DNA from: Candidatus Moraniibacteriota bacterium
Lineage (GTDB): Bacteria; Patescibacteriota; Minisyncoccia; Moranbacterales; UBA1568
Reading direction: 5' to 3'
DNA: 64,000 bases
NCBI GenBank assembly: GCA_052034935.1
Contig: JBPOIB010000008.1
Location: 2,511 to 66,510 of the forward strand
Of this stretch, positions 27,769 to 36,894 are shown in pieces. A program made the translations under genes and the position numbers. Under the pieces are notes generated by a model. That model had not been told where the DNA came from and ran no database searches. It was given only the letters and a program-made list of their open reading frames with translations. The stretch's first letter is position 1. Each line of letters starts with the position of its first letter.

Positions 27769-29385
27769 TTATGGAAAACGGAGCACGGTGAATTCACTGC
27801 CAGTTTTCGGGTGAAGATTAATCGTTTCCGTGAGGACGGTCGGACTTCTTTTCCTGATCGCGTCTATGATTTGGTCGTCGTGTCTCATAAAGATGATGAC
27901 GCTGTCCTTGGTGCGGACAGTCGTCTCATCTGAGAGGAAAACGAGGTTCTCTACTTTTTTGTACGTGAGGAATTTGATAGGCTGAGCGGAAACGGGAAGT
28001 CCGTCTTCCATCATCCGACCACCACCGTTCGGAACGACGTATTTCATCGTTTTTGGCGGCAGGCTCATCGCGTAGTCGGCCATATTGCGGAAGTTTTGAT
28101 TGAAAGCGCCGTGTTGATTCGGGTTAGCATCAAAGAAAACAAAATATTTCGTCAGATTGAAGGCAGCACTGAAGAAGAGTCCGAAAGCGAGAAGGGTGTA
28201 GAGGGCGATACGTTCGCCGGGAAGCGTGACGCGGGCACGATTGATTACCCAAGCGATGGGCAGGATTGCGATGAGGTAGACAGGCATCTGGGTGCCGATG
28301 GCTCGGAGTGCGTGAGGTAACCCTTCTTCAGTGAGGAATTCCGGCATGAGCATTACGAAGAATGAGGAAAGCAGGAACCAATTGCGTACCAGTCGCTCAT
28401 CCCGGAGTTTCTCCCGGAAGCGCAGTCCGATGAATTTGATCGTCTCCCAGATGATGTAGATGAAACCGGCAAGGAAGAATGCTCCGGAAATCGGATCAAG
28501 AATTGGATACGGCGCGTAATTATGGCGCCAGTTCTGATCACCCCAAAAATTGTACTTTACGAGGGAAAGGCCAAGGGTTTTAGCGAAGGTACCCCAGAAG
28601 TCGCCCTTATTGATCTCCGGCGAGAAAATCGAGACGGCACCGGTTCGCGAGGAGAAGTGATCTGGGTTCTGATAAAAATCGTAGAACATTGGTGCGGCCG
28701 TGATGAATGCACCAAGAGCGAAGGCGAGCAAGTGCTTCCAGTAGCGGGTGAGGAAGTTCTCGTAGACAAGGAAAAGAATGGGGAGGAGGGCGATCAGAAT
28801 GAGCGGGGCGAGCCGGAAGGCAACATAGGTGTGAAGTCCAGCACCGAGAAAGAGTCCAGCGAAGAGGAAATCGCGTAACCGACTCGTGCGAAGCCCTTTG
28901 AAGAAGAAGTAGAAGGAGAAGGTGAGGAGGAACGTGACCATGATAGCCCGGAAGCCGATCCGGGAGAAATTGATCGCCCAGTAGGAGGTAGCGAGGAGAA
29001 AGGCAGCAAGATAGCCGTACACGCGTCGGCCGTAAAGCTCACGTCCAAGGAGGTAAATCCCGAGGACAGCGAGCGTTCCGAACATGACGGACCAGAATTT
29101 CAGGACCGGAACGGTGTTGCCGAAGTATTTGACAGCGAGTGCCTGGAGATTGATGAAGAGTCCTTCACGGCCGTAATTGTTCGTGTAGAGGAGTCGATAG
29201 TCGCCGGTCTCATTGGCGAGGAGTGCGTCGGTGCCGTTGGTTGCTTCATCCGGATAGAGTCCAGCAGGGAGCGAGTCAAGATGATAGACGCGGACAAAAA
29301 GCGCGAGAACGAGAATGCAGAAAACGATATAGGGCGCGATACGTTCAGTCCAGGTTTTTTCTGGAGAAGAAGCCACAGTTTCCAT
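27769..29385 (-). CDS. GT-C (PMT/ArnT-like) membrane glycosyltransferase
   Basis: GLYPDEA, NFSRIGFR, many TM helices. Confidence 0.85.
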   Translation of the reverse strand: METVASSPEKTWTERIAPYIVFCILVLALFVRVYHLDSLPAGLYPDEATNGTDALLANETGDYRLLYTNNYGREGLFINLQALAVKYFGNTVPVLKFWSVMFGTLAVLGIYLLGRELYGRRVYGYLAAFLLATSYWAINFSRIGFRAIMVTFLLTFSFYFFFKGLRTSRLRDFLFAGLFLGAGLHTYVAFRLAPLILIALLPILFLVYENFLTRYWKHLLAFALGAFITAAPMFYDFYQNPDHFSSRTGAVSIFSPEINKGDFWGTFAKTLGLSLVKYNFWGDQNWRHNYAPYPILDPISGAFFLAGFIYIIWETIKFIGLRFREKLRDERLVRNWFLLSSFFVMLMPEFLTEEGLPHALRAIGTQMPVYLIAILPIAWVINRARVTLPGERIALYTLLAFGLFFSAAFNLTKYFVFFDANPNQHGAFNQNFRNMADYAMSLPPKTMKYVVPNGGGRMMEDGLPVSAQPIKFLTYKKVENLVFLSDETTVRTKDSVIIFMRHDDQIIDAIRKRSPTVLTETINLHPKTGSEFTVLRFP

Positions 29386-29466
29386 TTCTTTTTGTGTTCT
29401 TTACTGTTAAAATTATAGCAAAGGAGACCGGAAAAAGAAAAAATTGTAAAGACTGACGCCTGTATT

Positions 29467-31980
29467 ATGGGTGAGCGTGGATTGTTACCTGATGCTAGTT
29501 CCGATTTTGCTAAGGGTTCGCGTGTTGAACGTGGCCGTACCCATGAAAAAACTGAAGCGGCCAAGCGCGCCGGAGTGTCCGGTCAAACCGTGCATCGTCG
29601 AGGTTTTATTCCCGTGGCAGCTGCTGAACAAAAACTGGAAAATGCGGGTGAAAAAGCCCTTAGACCACTGCTGGAGGATATCGAAGAGAAGGTTAATCGA
29701 CTGACGCAGGTCGCAGTTTGGCTTGAAGGCGAGGGTATATCAATGCAAAGCGAATATGAGGGGGAGAAAATGTCCCTTCTTCGTTTCATTGCCAATAGCT
29801 TTAGGGCGGCTAAAGATAACGCCGGGCCGTATCTCGAAGATGCAACTAATACATTGGTTGAGACCACAGACTTTCAGGGAGATAAAGAAAAAATTGAAGA
29901 GATTCAGGATCGGTTTGTCCAACTGCTCGAAATTTTAAAGGACCAAGTCGCTAGTCTTGAGTCTGCCACAGGAGAAGATCATCGTGATGTCCCTGCGGAA
30001 ATCAAAGCGCTCTTGAGGGAATCGGCCCCAGCTGAACCGCCGGAGGAAGCTCGGGATTCAACCGAACCAGCAGACTCCCTGGCCGCTGATCCCGCACCAG
30101 AATCAGGACCGGGTGCGGAGGCCGAAGCGAAGTTTGCCGAGCTCGAGAATAGTGTTCAGAAATGGCAGAGCATACGTGGGCGTATAACTGACCTTGCCAA
30201 AGGAACTGCTTTCGACGATGCGATGCGTAGTCTCCCGGCGCCCGATTTTGCGAAGCACCATAAATCGGAAGAGGCAGCGAAGGTGATCAGGCTCTGGAGA
30301 AGACTCCTTGCCCAAGGGAAAAAACCGGATGAGGAGCTTCAGACGAAGATCGAGGCGCTCGAGCAGAATTTGGCCAAGATGATTCCAGCAGGAGAAACAC
30401 TACTAGCTTCGCTCGAGGCTGCGCAGGGCGGTGGAGGAAAAGAGGGTCAGGAGGCGCCCGTTCGCTTCGCTGATTATGATCGAGATGAATTACTCGAAGA
30501 GTTCGAAGGGCAGAACAATCGCGCCAAAATTATCCGCTTGCAAGCAGCACATAAGTCTTTGCGGTTGATGGTTCAAGAGGTGGTCCACTTGGGCGGTTGG
30601 AAAGAACTGAGTGCAGCGGTAGCGAATCTACCGGGCAAAGAGCTGATTCGTAAGGGCAAGCGAGAGCAAAAAGAAAGTGAGTTGCGTGATCTCTGGCAGG
30701 CAAACCAGGAGAAGGGCGCACTGCCGGAGGATATCGATCTCAAGGCGCTCCTTCTCGAGTATCATGATGTGCTGGTGGCTGCGGAGGCCGTCCGGGAGAA
30801 GCTGCAAGCCAATCCGCCGAAAGAGATTGCCCGTAGCGAGCGAGCTGAGGGGGTAACGGAGAATCCTGGACCCGCGCTTGAGGCGGAGCTTCAGGAAAAA
30901 TGGCGGGCGATGCGGGGAAATCCGGAAGCGAAAGTTGCGGCGGTAGAAACATTGCTCGCGGAATGGAAAGAGGTGAGCGAAACGATTCGGCAGTTTTCTG
31001 ATGAGACTCGGGTGCGAAGCGATATCGTCGGCAGCGGTTTGGAGCCACGCAAGTTCGAGAAAATATTCGCTTCAGCTGAAAATGAAAAGCAAGTCGAAGC
31101 AAGGTTAGAGGTGATTCGGAAAAACATGGAAGCGAATCCTGCCTTAAGCGACGAAGACGCTGGGTTTTTGACCGCTAATTTCCATAACTATCATCAGCTC
31201 ATCGCAGCTGCCAGATCAGTCGTCCGTGAACGAGAACGAGAGACGGCAGTGATGGCGGCTGAAGAGGTAGCCGAGGACAATCCGGAAAATGATCCAACAC
31301 CGAAAGAGAAGTTTCTTCAGGCGAATGAGCTCATCACACGTTGGCGGGAGCTTTGCGATGAATTTGGAGTGATACGACTCCGAAAGGCCATTCGGAAGAA
31401 ATATCCAAGAGAAATGGAATTGCCTGTTGTCCCGGACATTGACGCCTGGCTTGAGAAGCATCGGGATCTGAAAGCGTGGCGGGGGCGCTCGGCGCAGCGG
31501 AATCAGGCTCGCCTGGATGCTCACCTGGTAGATCTTGTCGGCTTAGTTAAGGATGCCGAGCTCGTGGCGGCTGATATCCGTTCGCGAAGGGCCGAGAAAA
31601 TCGCTGCAGACAAAAAAGAAGCTGCGGAACCAGAGACGAGGGGAAATGTCACTGTTCTTGCGACTGGACGAATAATTGAAAGCGATGAACAGATGACGGC
31701 TTGGGAAAAGCTCGATTCGGATAAGGCCAAGGAGTTTAAGCGTCTCGTTTCCATGAATGAGTTCAATGATTTTCAGGGGCGACTGAGGGCCAAGCTCTCT
31801 GAAAAAGGTATAACGAATTCAGTGGACCGTCTGCGGATCGCCCAGGTGGCACTCGAGCAGTTCATGCCCGGGCATATTCGCAAGCTCGCAAAAAAAGGTG
31901 ATTGGAATATCGAGATTACTGATGATGAACTTGAAAAAGTGTTCATGGTAGGTTTGAGAAAAAACCTTCTTGTCTCATAA
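29467..31980 (+). CDS. large alpha-helical hypothetical protein with internal repeats (start uncertain)
   Basis: 837-aa Glu/Lys/Ala-rich ORF heading a co-oriented cluster that leads to a VirD4-like gene. Confidence 0.8.
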   Translation: MGERGLLPDASSDFAKGSRVERGRTHEKTEAAKRAGVSGQTVHRRGFIPVAAAEQKLENAGEKALRPLLEDIEEKVNRLTQVAVWLEGEGISMQSEYEGEKMSLLRFIANSFRAAKDNAGPYLEDATNTLVETTDFQGDKEKIEEIQDRFVQLLEILKDQVASLESATGEDHRDVPAEIKALLRESAPAEPPEEARDSTEPADSLAADPAPESGPGAEAEAKFAELENSVQKWQSIRGRITDLAKGTAFDDAMRSLPAPDFAKHHKSEEAAKVIRLWRRLLAQGKKPDEELQTKIEALEQNLAKMIPAGETLLASLEAAQGGGGKEGQEAPVRFADYDRDELLEEFEGQNNRAKIIRLQAAHKSLRLMVQEVVHLGGWKELSAAVANLPGKELIRKGKREQKESELRDLWQANQEKGALPEDIDLKALLLEYHDVLVAAEAVREKLQANPPKEIARSERAEGVTENPGPALEAELQEKWRAMRGNPEAKVAAVETLLAEWKEVSETIRQFSDETRVRSDIVGSGLEPRKFEKIFASAENEKQVEARLEVIRKNMEANPALSDEDAGFLTANFHNYHQLIAAARSVVRERERETAVMAAEEVAEDNPENDPTPKEKFLQANELITRWRELCDEFGVIRLRKAIRKKYPREMELPVVPDIDAWLEKHRDLKAWRGRSAQRNQARLDAHLVDLVGLVKDAELVAADIRSRRAEKIAADKKEAAEPETRGNVTVLATGRIIESDEQMTAWEKLDSDKAKEFKRLVSMNEFNDFQGRLRAKLSEKGITNSVDRLRIAQVALEQFMPGHIRKLAKKGDWNIEITDDELEKVFMVGLRKNLLVS

Positions 31981-31995
31981 TGAAAGATATTCCGA

Positions 31996-34900
31996 ATGGA
32001 AAACGAAGCTATGCCCGATAAAGATGGAGTCGTGCCGCCGGAGGCTGAGTCTCCGAAGCTACTCGATAAAGCGACAATTGAGGCCATAGGAGCGGAAATC
32101 GCTCTGGAGATTTCCGCTGCAAAAGAACCGGAAAAGGCAGCGAAGCCTGAAAGCGGGTTTTCGGCGGAAGCACTTGAACGCCAGCGCCTTGTTTTTGACA
32201 CGCTCGAGAGCCAGGCGGGGGCTTGGCGGGAACGGATTTCAGCTATTGCAAGTAGAAAAGACCTGGATGCTGTCACGCGGTCGGCGGCTAGTAATGGGAA
32301 GTACACGAGGGTTCCCGGTTTTGTCGTGGGAAATGCCTTGATAAGGCTGCTTCGCGATAACGCGATTACGGACAGTGCCGAGATTGCGGTTATCAAAGAA
32401 CGGGCGTATGAGCTGCAGTCGGAGCTGGATACTCCTTATCTCGCAAAACAGGCAGAGTTCTATCCGACCTCACCGGCAGCCAAAGTTGCGTCGACGGCAG
32501 AAGCTGATCCTCAAGAGGGCTGGATATCGAGGACCAGAGAATTCTCTATTCCGCTCGCAAAAGATTTTCCGTCTGATGGGGTTCGATATGAAACCTTCGA
32601 TGGCAGGAGTTATCTGATCGTCAAGAGAGGGAGCCGGTATCATATCGATGGCCCGGGAATCGAGGGTGGTAGCGCTATCTCGCTGAAAGAAATACATGAG
32701 CGTGCCGAAGCGGAAGGCTGGCGACGGTCAAAGAAGGAGAGTGCAAGTGCGGCTCGGTCTCAAGGGGTTCAAGCCTCTCAGCTTCCTGATCCGGTACCCG
32801 TGCCAGAAACTGGGGCTGGTAATAAGACTGAAACATTGGGTGATATTACCGAACGTCTTAGCTTTCTCCGAAAGGGAGAGGGTCTACGTTATACGGGTCG
32901 AAATAATCAGCGATATGTCATTACCCGAGTTTCTGACCAGGAAGTATACCGTGTCGAGAGTCTTGATGAAGGAGATGATGGCGTGACGAGGCTGCATCAC
33001 ATCAAAGAGTTAGCCGGCTATATATTTGAAAATAATTGGCGATTCCGTGGGAAAAATAGAGTGGAAAGCGGTTCTGGTATGTCTCCAAAGGAGTTGCCAG
33101 TATCAGATGACCGCGGAGAAGTGCCGTTTAAAATTGAGAAGCGGCTCACCAGTCTCAAGCCTGACCGGGAGCTCGTCTATGAGGATGAATCAGGCGCTGC
33201 TTTTTCAGTTTCGAATCCATATGGAAAAGATGTTTTTAGTCTCCGCCATCCAGACGACACGCTGACCATGCATTACATTCGGGATTTGGTTAATGACATT
33301 CGTGAAAAAAAGTGGAAATTCAAGCGAGCAAGGAACCTCGCGGCGAGATCCGGAGAAGTTGCTGTTCAGGGTGTAGAGAGTTCAACCCATATCCTGGGGA
33401 CTGAAGCTCTCAATCAGTCGGCTCAACCAGCTGAAGCTGGTGAATCAGGAAAGGTACGAGAAATGATGACTGCTCTTGCTGAGGGCACAGTTATTAGTTT
33501 CATTAGTCGTTCTGGGGAACCAGTCACCGTCGAAAGGCGCAGTAACCAATATCAGATCACAAGTGCGGATGGCAACTCCTCTGGTTTTACCTATGATCTC
33601 GAACATATCACCAATATTGCAGTAGAGGAGGGATGGAAAGACATGCGTGGTGCGGCTGCCGAAAGCGTGGAGTCGGATTTTCTCAAGGATGGTGAGACGG
33701 GAGAATATACCATGGACAATTCGCCGATGGGATCAGTCCGTCGCTTTAAACGCGTGGGAAATTTCTATCATCAAATCCGTCCGGAGGATGGAAGTATCGG
33801 TAATCCGTATTCCGAGGCTCAAATTCAGCAGCTTGCCAAAGAGGTGGGGCTAAAGCGAGTGGTACCGGAAACTCCGGAGTCCATGGCTGAGGCAGCGAGA
33901 AAAGCGGAGGCACTTGCGGCGCTTGACACCGAGGTGGTGAAATTCCGGACTGAAGCCGACGCTGAACGGTCAGCCTATATCGCCAAGAAAGAAGATCAGA
34001 CGGCCGCCAAGAAAAGGCTCAGTAGAATTTTTCGCGATATCGGATTCGGAGAGAATCTCGAAGAAGAAGTCTTGGATTATAAGCAGTACTACGAAAACGC
34101 CCTTTCGCGCTGGAAGAATGCTGAACTTGAGCGGTTGCGCCAACAAGCACTCGGACGGGAAGAGCTTCATGGGGCGATGGCGGTGCTCGTCCGCGAGTTC
34201 GAATTCGAAGAATCGGAACGCCTCTATGAAGGGGAGCGAAGGGCCCGGTTGGATCGTGTCTCGAAGTCCGTTTTTGAGCGAGCCGATGAGTTATGGAGGG
34301 AATCTAAGGACGGCATCAGCAAAGAAGACGGATCGATGCGAGTAGAAGTCGCCTGGTCTCGGTTGAAATATGTCATGGGTGCACTCGGTATCGCGAGTCA
34401 GGCTGGGCTCGAGAAGGCGGTTAAGGGAGTTGATACTCTCGGCGAGCGTTACAACCAGCTTGCTCGAGGAAAATATGGGAAGCTTATCCTCGGGGCGACC
34501 ATCTTCGGTGCGGGGGCTGTCGTGGCTGGGACAGGTGGCACTGCACTGGCGGGGGTGCTCGCCGCCAAGCGAGTGGCCGCTGGCGCCGGTTTCGCGGTCA
34601 CGGCGAGAGGCGTGATGGATCGGTATGCCGATAAAAGTCGTGAGAAGGAAAAGGCGAATATCATGAACGAGGACCGGGTTAAGAAAGTGATGCGTGATAT
34701 TATCATCCCCACGCTCGATGGAAGGCTCGAGGGTAAGGGTGGAATGTTGAATCTGGAAGCTCTGAGCGAGTATCTCGATAAGGAGGGTATCAAGAAAGTC
34801 CAGAGTAAAGCCCGCCGTCGGAGGATAGGCGAGGTTTTGCGTAAAGGCGGATCGTATGTGGCGGGCGCAGCTATCGGCGGTCTCATACCGAGGGAGTGGT

Positions 34901-36129
34901 TTGATGGAGTGAGTTTCGGGAGCGCCGCACATGCAGCGACTGCTGGTGAGATTGCTCAGCCGGTAGCGGAAGCCGCCTCGGCTCCGTTGCCTCTTGCTTC
35001 CGCGCCGGTGGCTACTCCCGATAGTCCGCTTGCGGGTGGGCCTGGCTCAGGTCCGTCGATTGCTGAGTCTTCGGCGGCAGCTGAATTGTTGAAAGATACC
35101 CAAGCAATACCTGCCCCAGCTGCGTTAGAGGCGCCAGAATCTTTGAAGGATACGCATGTTATCCCAGCCCCGACTGAAGTATCGGAAGGGGGTACGGAAG
35201 GATTGCTCAAGTCATACGAGGTGAAGCCGGGGGATTCGATTTGGAAGATTGCGACAAAATCGGTCGAGGGAGTGCCAGATATGGACAAGCGTTCGAGTGG
35301 GCGTTTCGCGAAACTGCTCGCTCTGAGGCTCGAAGAGAAATTGACCGTAATCGATCCGAAACTCGCCGAAGCGGCTGGATTCACACCGGATGTCGATGGC
35401 CGTTTCACCCCGGACCACATCCTCGCTGGGGCAAAGCTCGAACTTGGCAAACTTCTTTCTGTCGAGGAGATGGCGAAGCTTGTCGAAGAGGCGAAGAGTG
35501 ATAGTCCGATTGCAATCCCGACTGAGTCGGCTCCGGTCGCTGCCGAGGTGGTGCCCTTAGCTGCTCAGTCCTCGACCGAGGCAGAACAGGTCGTAATTGA
35601 AGAAGCACGCGTCGCCGCTCAGGTGCCGTCGGTGAGTGTTGAAGAGCGGTCGGATATACTGAGCGTGTTCGAGCAGCATGCATCTCAAGAGCTCATCAAG
35701 CCGGATGGGAACGTGATGAAATACATCGAGACCTTGCCACGTGAAGAACAGGAGAAGCTTTTCCGTAATTTCAAAAAACTTTCGGTCGAGCTCTTTCAGA
35801 CGAATGAAGTGATGGGAAGCGAGACCTATGAAATGCGCTATGATCCGGCTGTTCATCCAGAACTTGCCAAGACAAACATGGCGACCATCCTGACCGATCA
35901 TAAGCTGCTCGGAAAGAATCCGTTCGTCTCGTATGATCGTTTCCGGAATCCGCTGCATGGTTCGCAGATGGAGGAAATAGCAAAATTTTCGAAAGCAGTA
36001 GCGAAGGTGTTCGGCCCGACGGCCGCAGCGCCGAAGGCGGTTGAATCTGTCCAGGAGTATGTTCTCCGAATGGCGGCGATTGCCGGCAATCAGCAGGTAA
36101 AAATTCCGGGTTTCCGTATGGTAAACTAA
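31996..36129 (+). CDS. giant repeat protein with Gly/Ala hydrophobic segments and a LysM-like domain
   Basis: 1377 aa; five ~55-aa degenerate repeats; LILGATIFGAGAVVAGTGG; YEVKPGDSIWKIA...PDHILAGAKLEL. Confidence 0.85.
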   Translation: MENEAMPDKDGVVPPEAESPKLLDKATIEAIGAEIALEISAAKEPEKAAKPESGFSAEALERQRLVFDTLESQAGAWRERISAIASRKDLDAVTRSAASNGKYTRVPGFVVGNALIRLLRDNAITDSAEIAVIKERAYELQSELDTPYLAKQAEFYPTSPAAKVASTAEADPQEGWISRTREFSIPLAKDFPSDGVRYETFDGRSYLIVKRGSRYHIDGPGIEGGSAISLKEIHERAEAEGWRRSKKESASAARSQGVQASQLPDPVPVPETGAGNKTETLGDITERLSFLRKGEGLRYTGRNNQRYVITRVSDQEVYRVESLDEGDDGVTRLHHIKELAGYIFENNWRFRGKNRVESGSGMSPKELPVSDDRGEVPFKIEKRLTSLKPDRELVYEDESGAAFSVSNPYGKDVFSLRHPDDTLTMHYIRDLVNDIREKKWKFKRARNLAARSGEVAVQGVESSTHILGTEALNQSAQPAEAGESGKVREMMTALAEGTVISFISRSGEPVTVERRSNQYQITSADGNSSGFTYDLEHITNIAVEEGWKDMRGAAAESVESDFLKDGETGEYTMDNSPMGSVRRFKRVGNFYHQIRPEDGSIGNPYSEAQIQQLAKEVGLKRVVPETPESMAEAARKAEALAALDTEVVKFRTEADAERSAYIAKKEDQTAAKKRLSRIFRDIGFGENLEEEVLDYKQYYENALSRWKNAELERLRQQALGREELHGAMAVLVREFEFEESERLYEGERRARLDRVSKSVFERADELWRESKDGISKEDGSMRVEVAWSRLKYVMGALGIASQAGLEKAVKGVDTLGERYNQLARGKYGKLILGATIFGAGAVVAGTGGTALAGVLAAKRVAAGAGFAVTARGVMDRYADKSREKEKANIMNEDRVKKVMRDIIIPTLDGRLEGKGGMLNLEALSEYLDKEGIKKVQSKARRRRIGEVLRKGGSYVAGAAIGGLIPREWFDGVSFGSAAHAATAGEIAQPVAEAASAPLPLASAPVATPDSPLAGGPGSGPSIAESSAAAELLKDTQAIPAPAALEAPESLKDTHVIPAPTEVSEGGTEGLLKSYEVKPGDSIWKIATKSVEGVPDMDKRSSGRFAKLLALRLEEKLTVIDPKLAEAAGFTPDVDGRFTPDHILAGAKLELGKLLSVEEMAKLVEEAKSDSPIAIPTESAPVAAEVVPLAAQSSTEAEQVVIEEARVAAQVPSVSVEERSDILSVFEQHASQELIKPDGNVMKYIETLPREEQEKLFRNFKKLSVELFQTNEVMGSETYEMRYDPAVHPELAKTNMATILTDHKLLGKNPFVSYDRFRNPLHGSQMEEIAKFSKAVAKVFGPTAAAPKAVESVQEYVLRMAAIAGNQQVKIPGFRMVN

Positions 36130-36144
36130 GTTCAGAATAAAAAT

Positions 36145-36450
36145 ATGGACATTGACTATTCGAAAATTGAACAAGAACTGATTGAAGAGCTCGCGCTTTC
36201 GGGGCTACCAAAGCCAAAACAGGAAGAGCTCCTCGGTCGGATGCTCGAAGCACTCCTGAAGCGGATTTTCATGGAGACGATGGAACGGCTTGGTGAAGAT
36301 GGGATGAAGGAGTATGAAGCTTTAATTGAAGCCAAACCGACCGAAGAAGCTGTCGGAAAATTTCTCGAAGATCGGATTCCAGAATATACGGTATTTATTG
36401 AGGGTATCGTGGAACAGTTCAAGAAAGACATAAAAGCGGTGGCCGCCTAA
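36145..36450 (+). CDS. DUF5663-like small acidic helical protein
   Basis: LIEELALSGLP..KQEELL..., FLEDRIPEY pattern typical of this CPR family. Confidence 0.7.
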   Translation: MDIDYSKIEQELIEELALSGLPKPKQEELLGRMLEALLKRIFMETMERLGEDGMKEYEALIEAKPTEEAVGKFLEDRIPEYTVFIEGIVEQFKKDIKAVAA

Positions 36451-36454
36451 CCCT

Positions 36455-36871
36455 ATGTCAATGTGGGAATTTTTTTCACGGAAAAAAGAGGCGGCGGCCG
36501 TGGTGGCTTCGCCCGCGAATATAGCTGAAACGAAGGTTTCAGAAGGTAAGCCTGATTTTGAGAGAGTTTCCGAACAAACAGTCGAGAAGGTAAACGAGAA
36601 GTATGCCGCAATACTTTCTCAGAGTGCGATTTCCCAGTCGGCACCAGTAGCCGCTCAGGTAGCTACGGATGCTGACCTGTTGAGCCATGCCGTAGATGCG
36701 GAAACCCGGGTTAATCAGCTCGTCGAGCTCGCTCAGGTAAAGGGAGTCGCTCATGCGGTCGAAGTCGCCCGAAAAATGAATGATCTCTACGTCCTTGATA
36801 CGATGCATGATGAGCTTGCGGATAAGCTCTATGATGCCCTCAGGGCAAAGGGGCTCATTCTCGGGGAATAG
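36455..36871 (+). CDS. hypothetical protein
   Basis: LVELAQVKGVAHAV...YVLDTMHDEL; tight operonic spacing. Confidence 0.75.
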   Translation: MSMWEFFSRKKEAAAVVASPANIAETKVSEGKPDFERVSEQTVEKVNEKYAAILSQSAISQSAPVAAQVATDADLLSHAVDAETRVNQLVELAQVKGVAHAVEVARKMNDLYVLDTMHDELADKLYDALRAKGLILGE

Positions 36872-36894
36872 GAGAAAAACAAGACAAAAAATAA

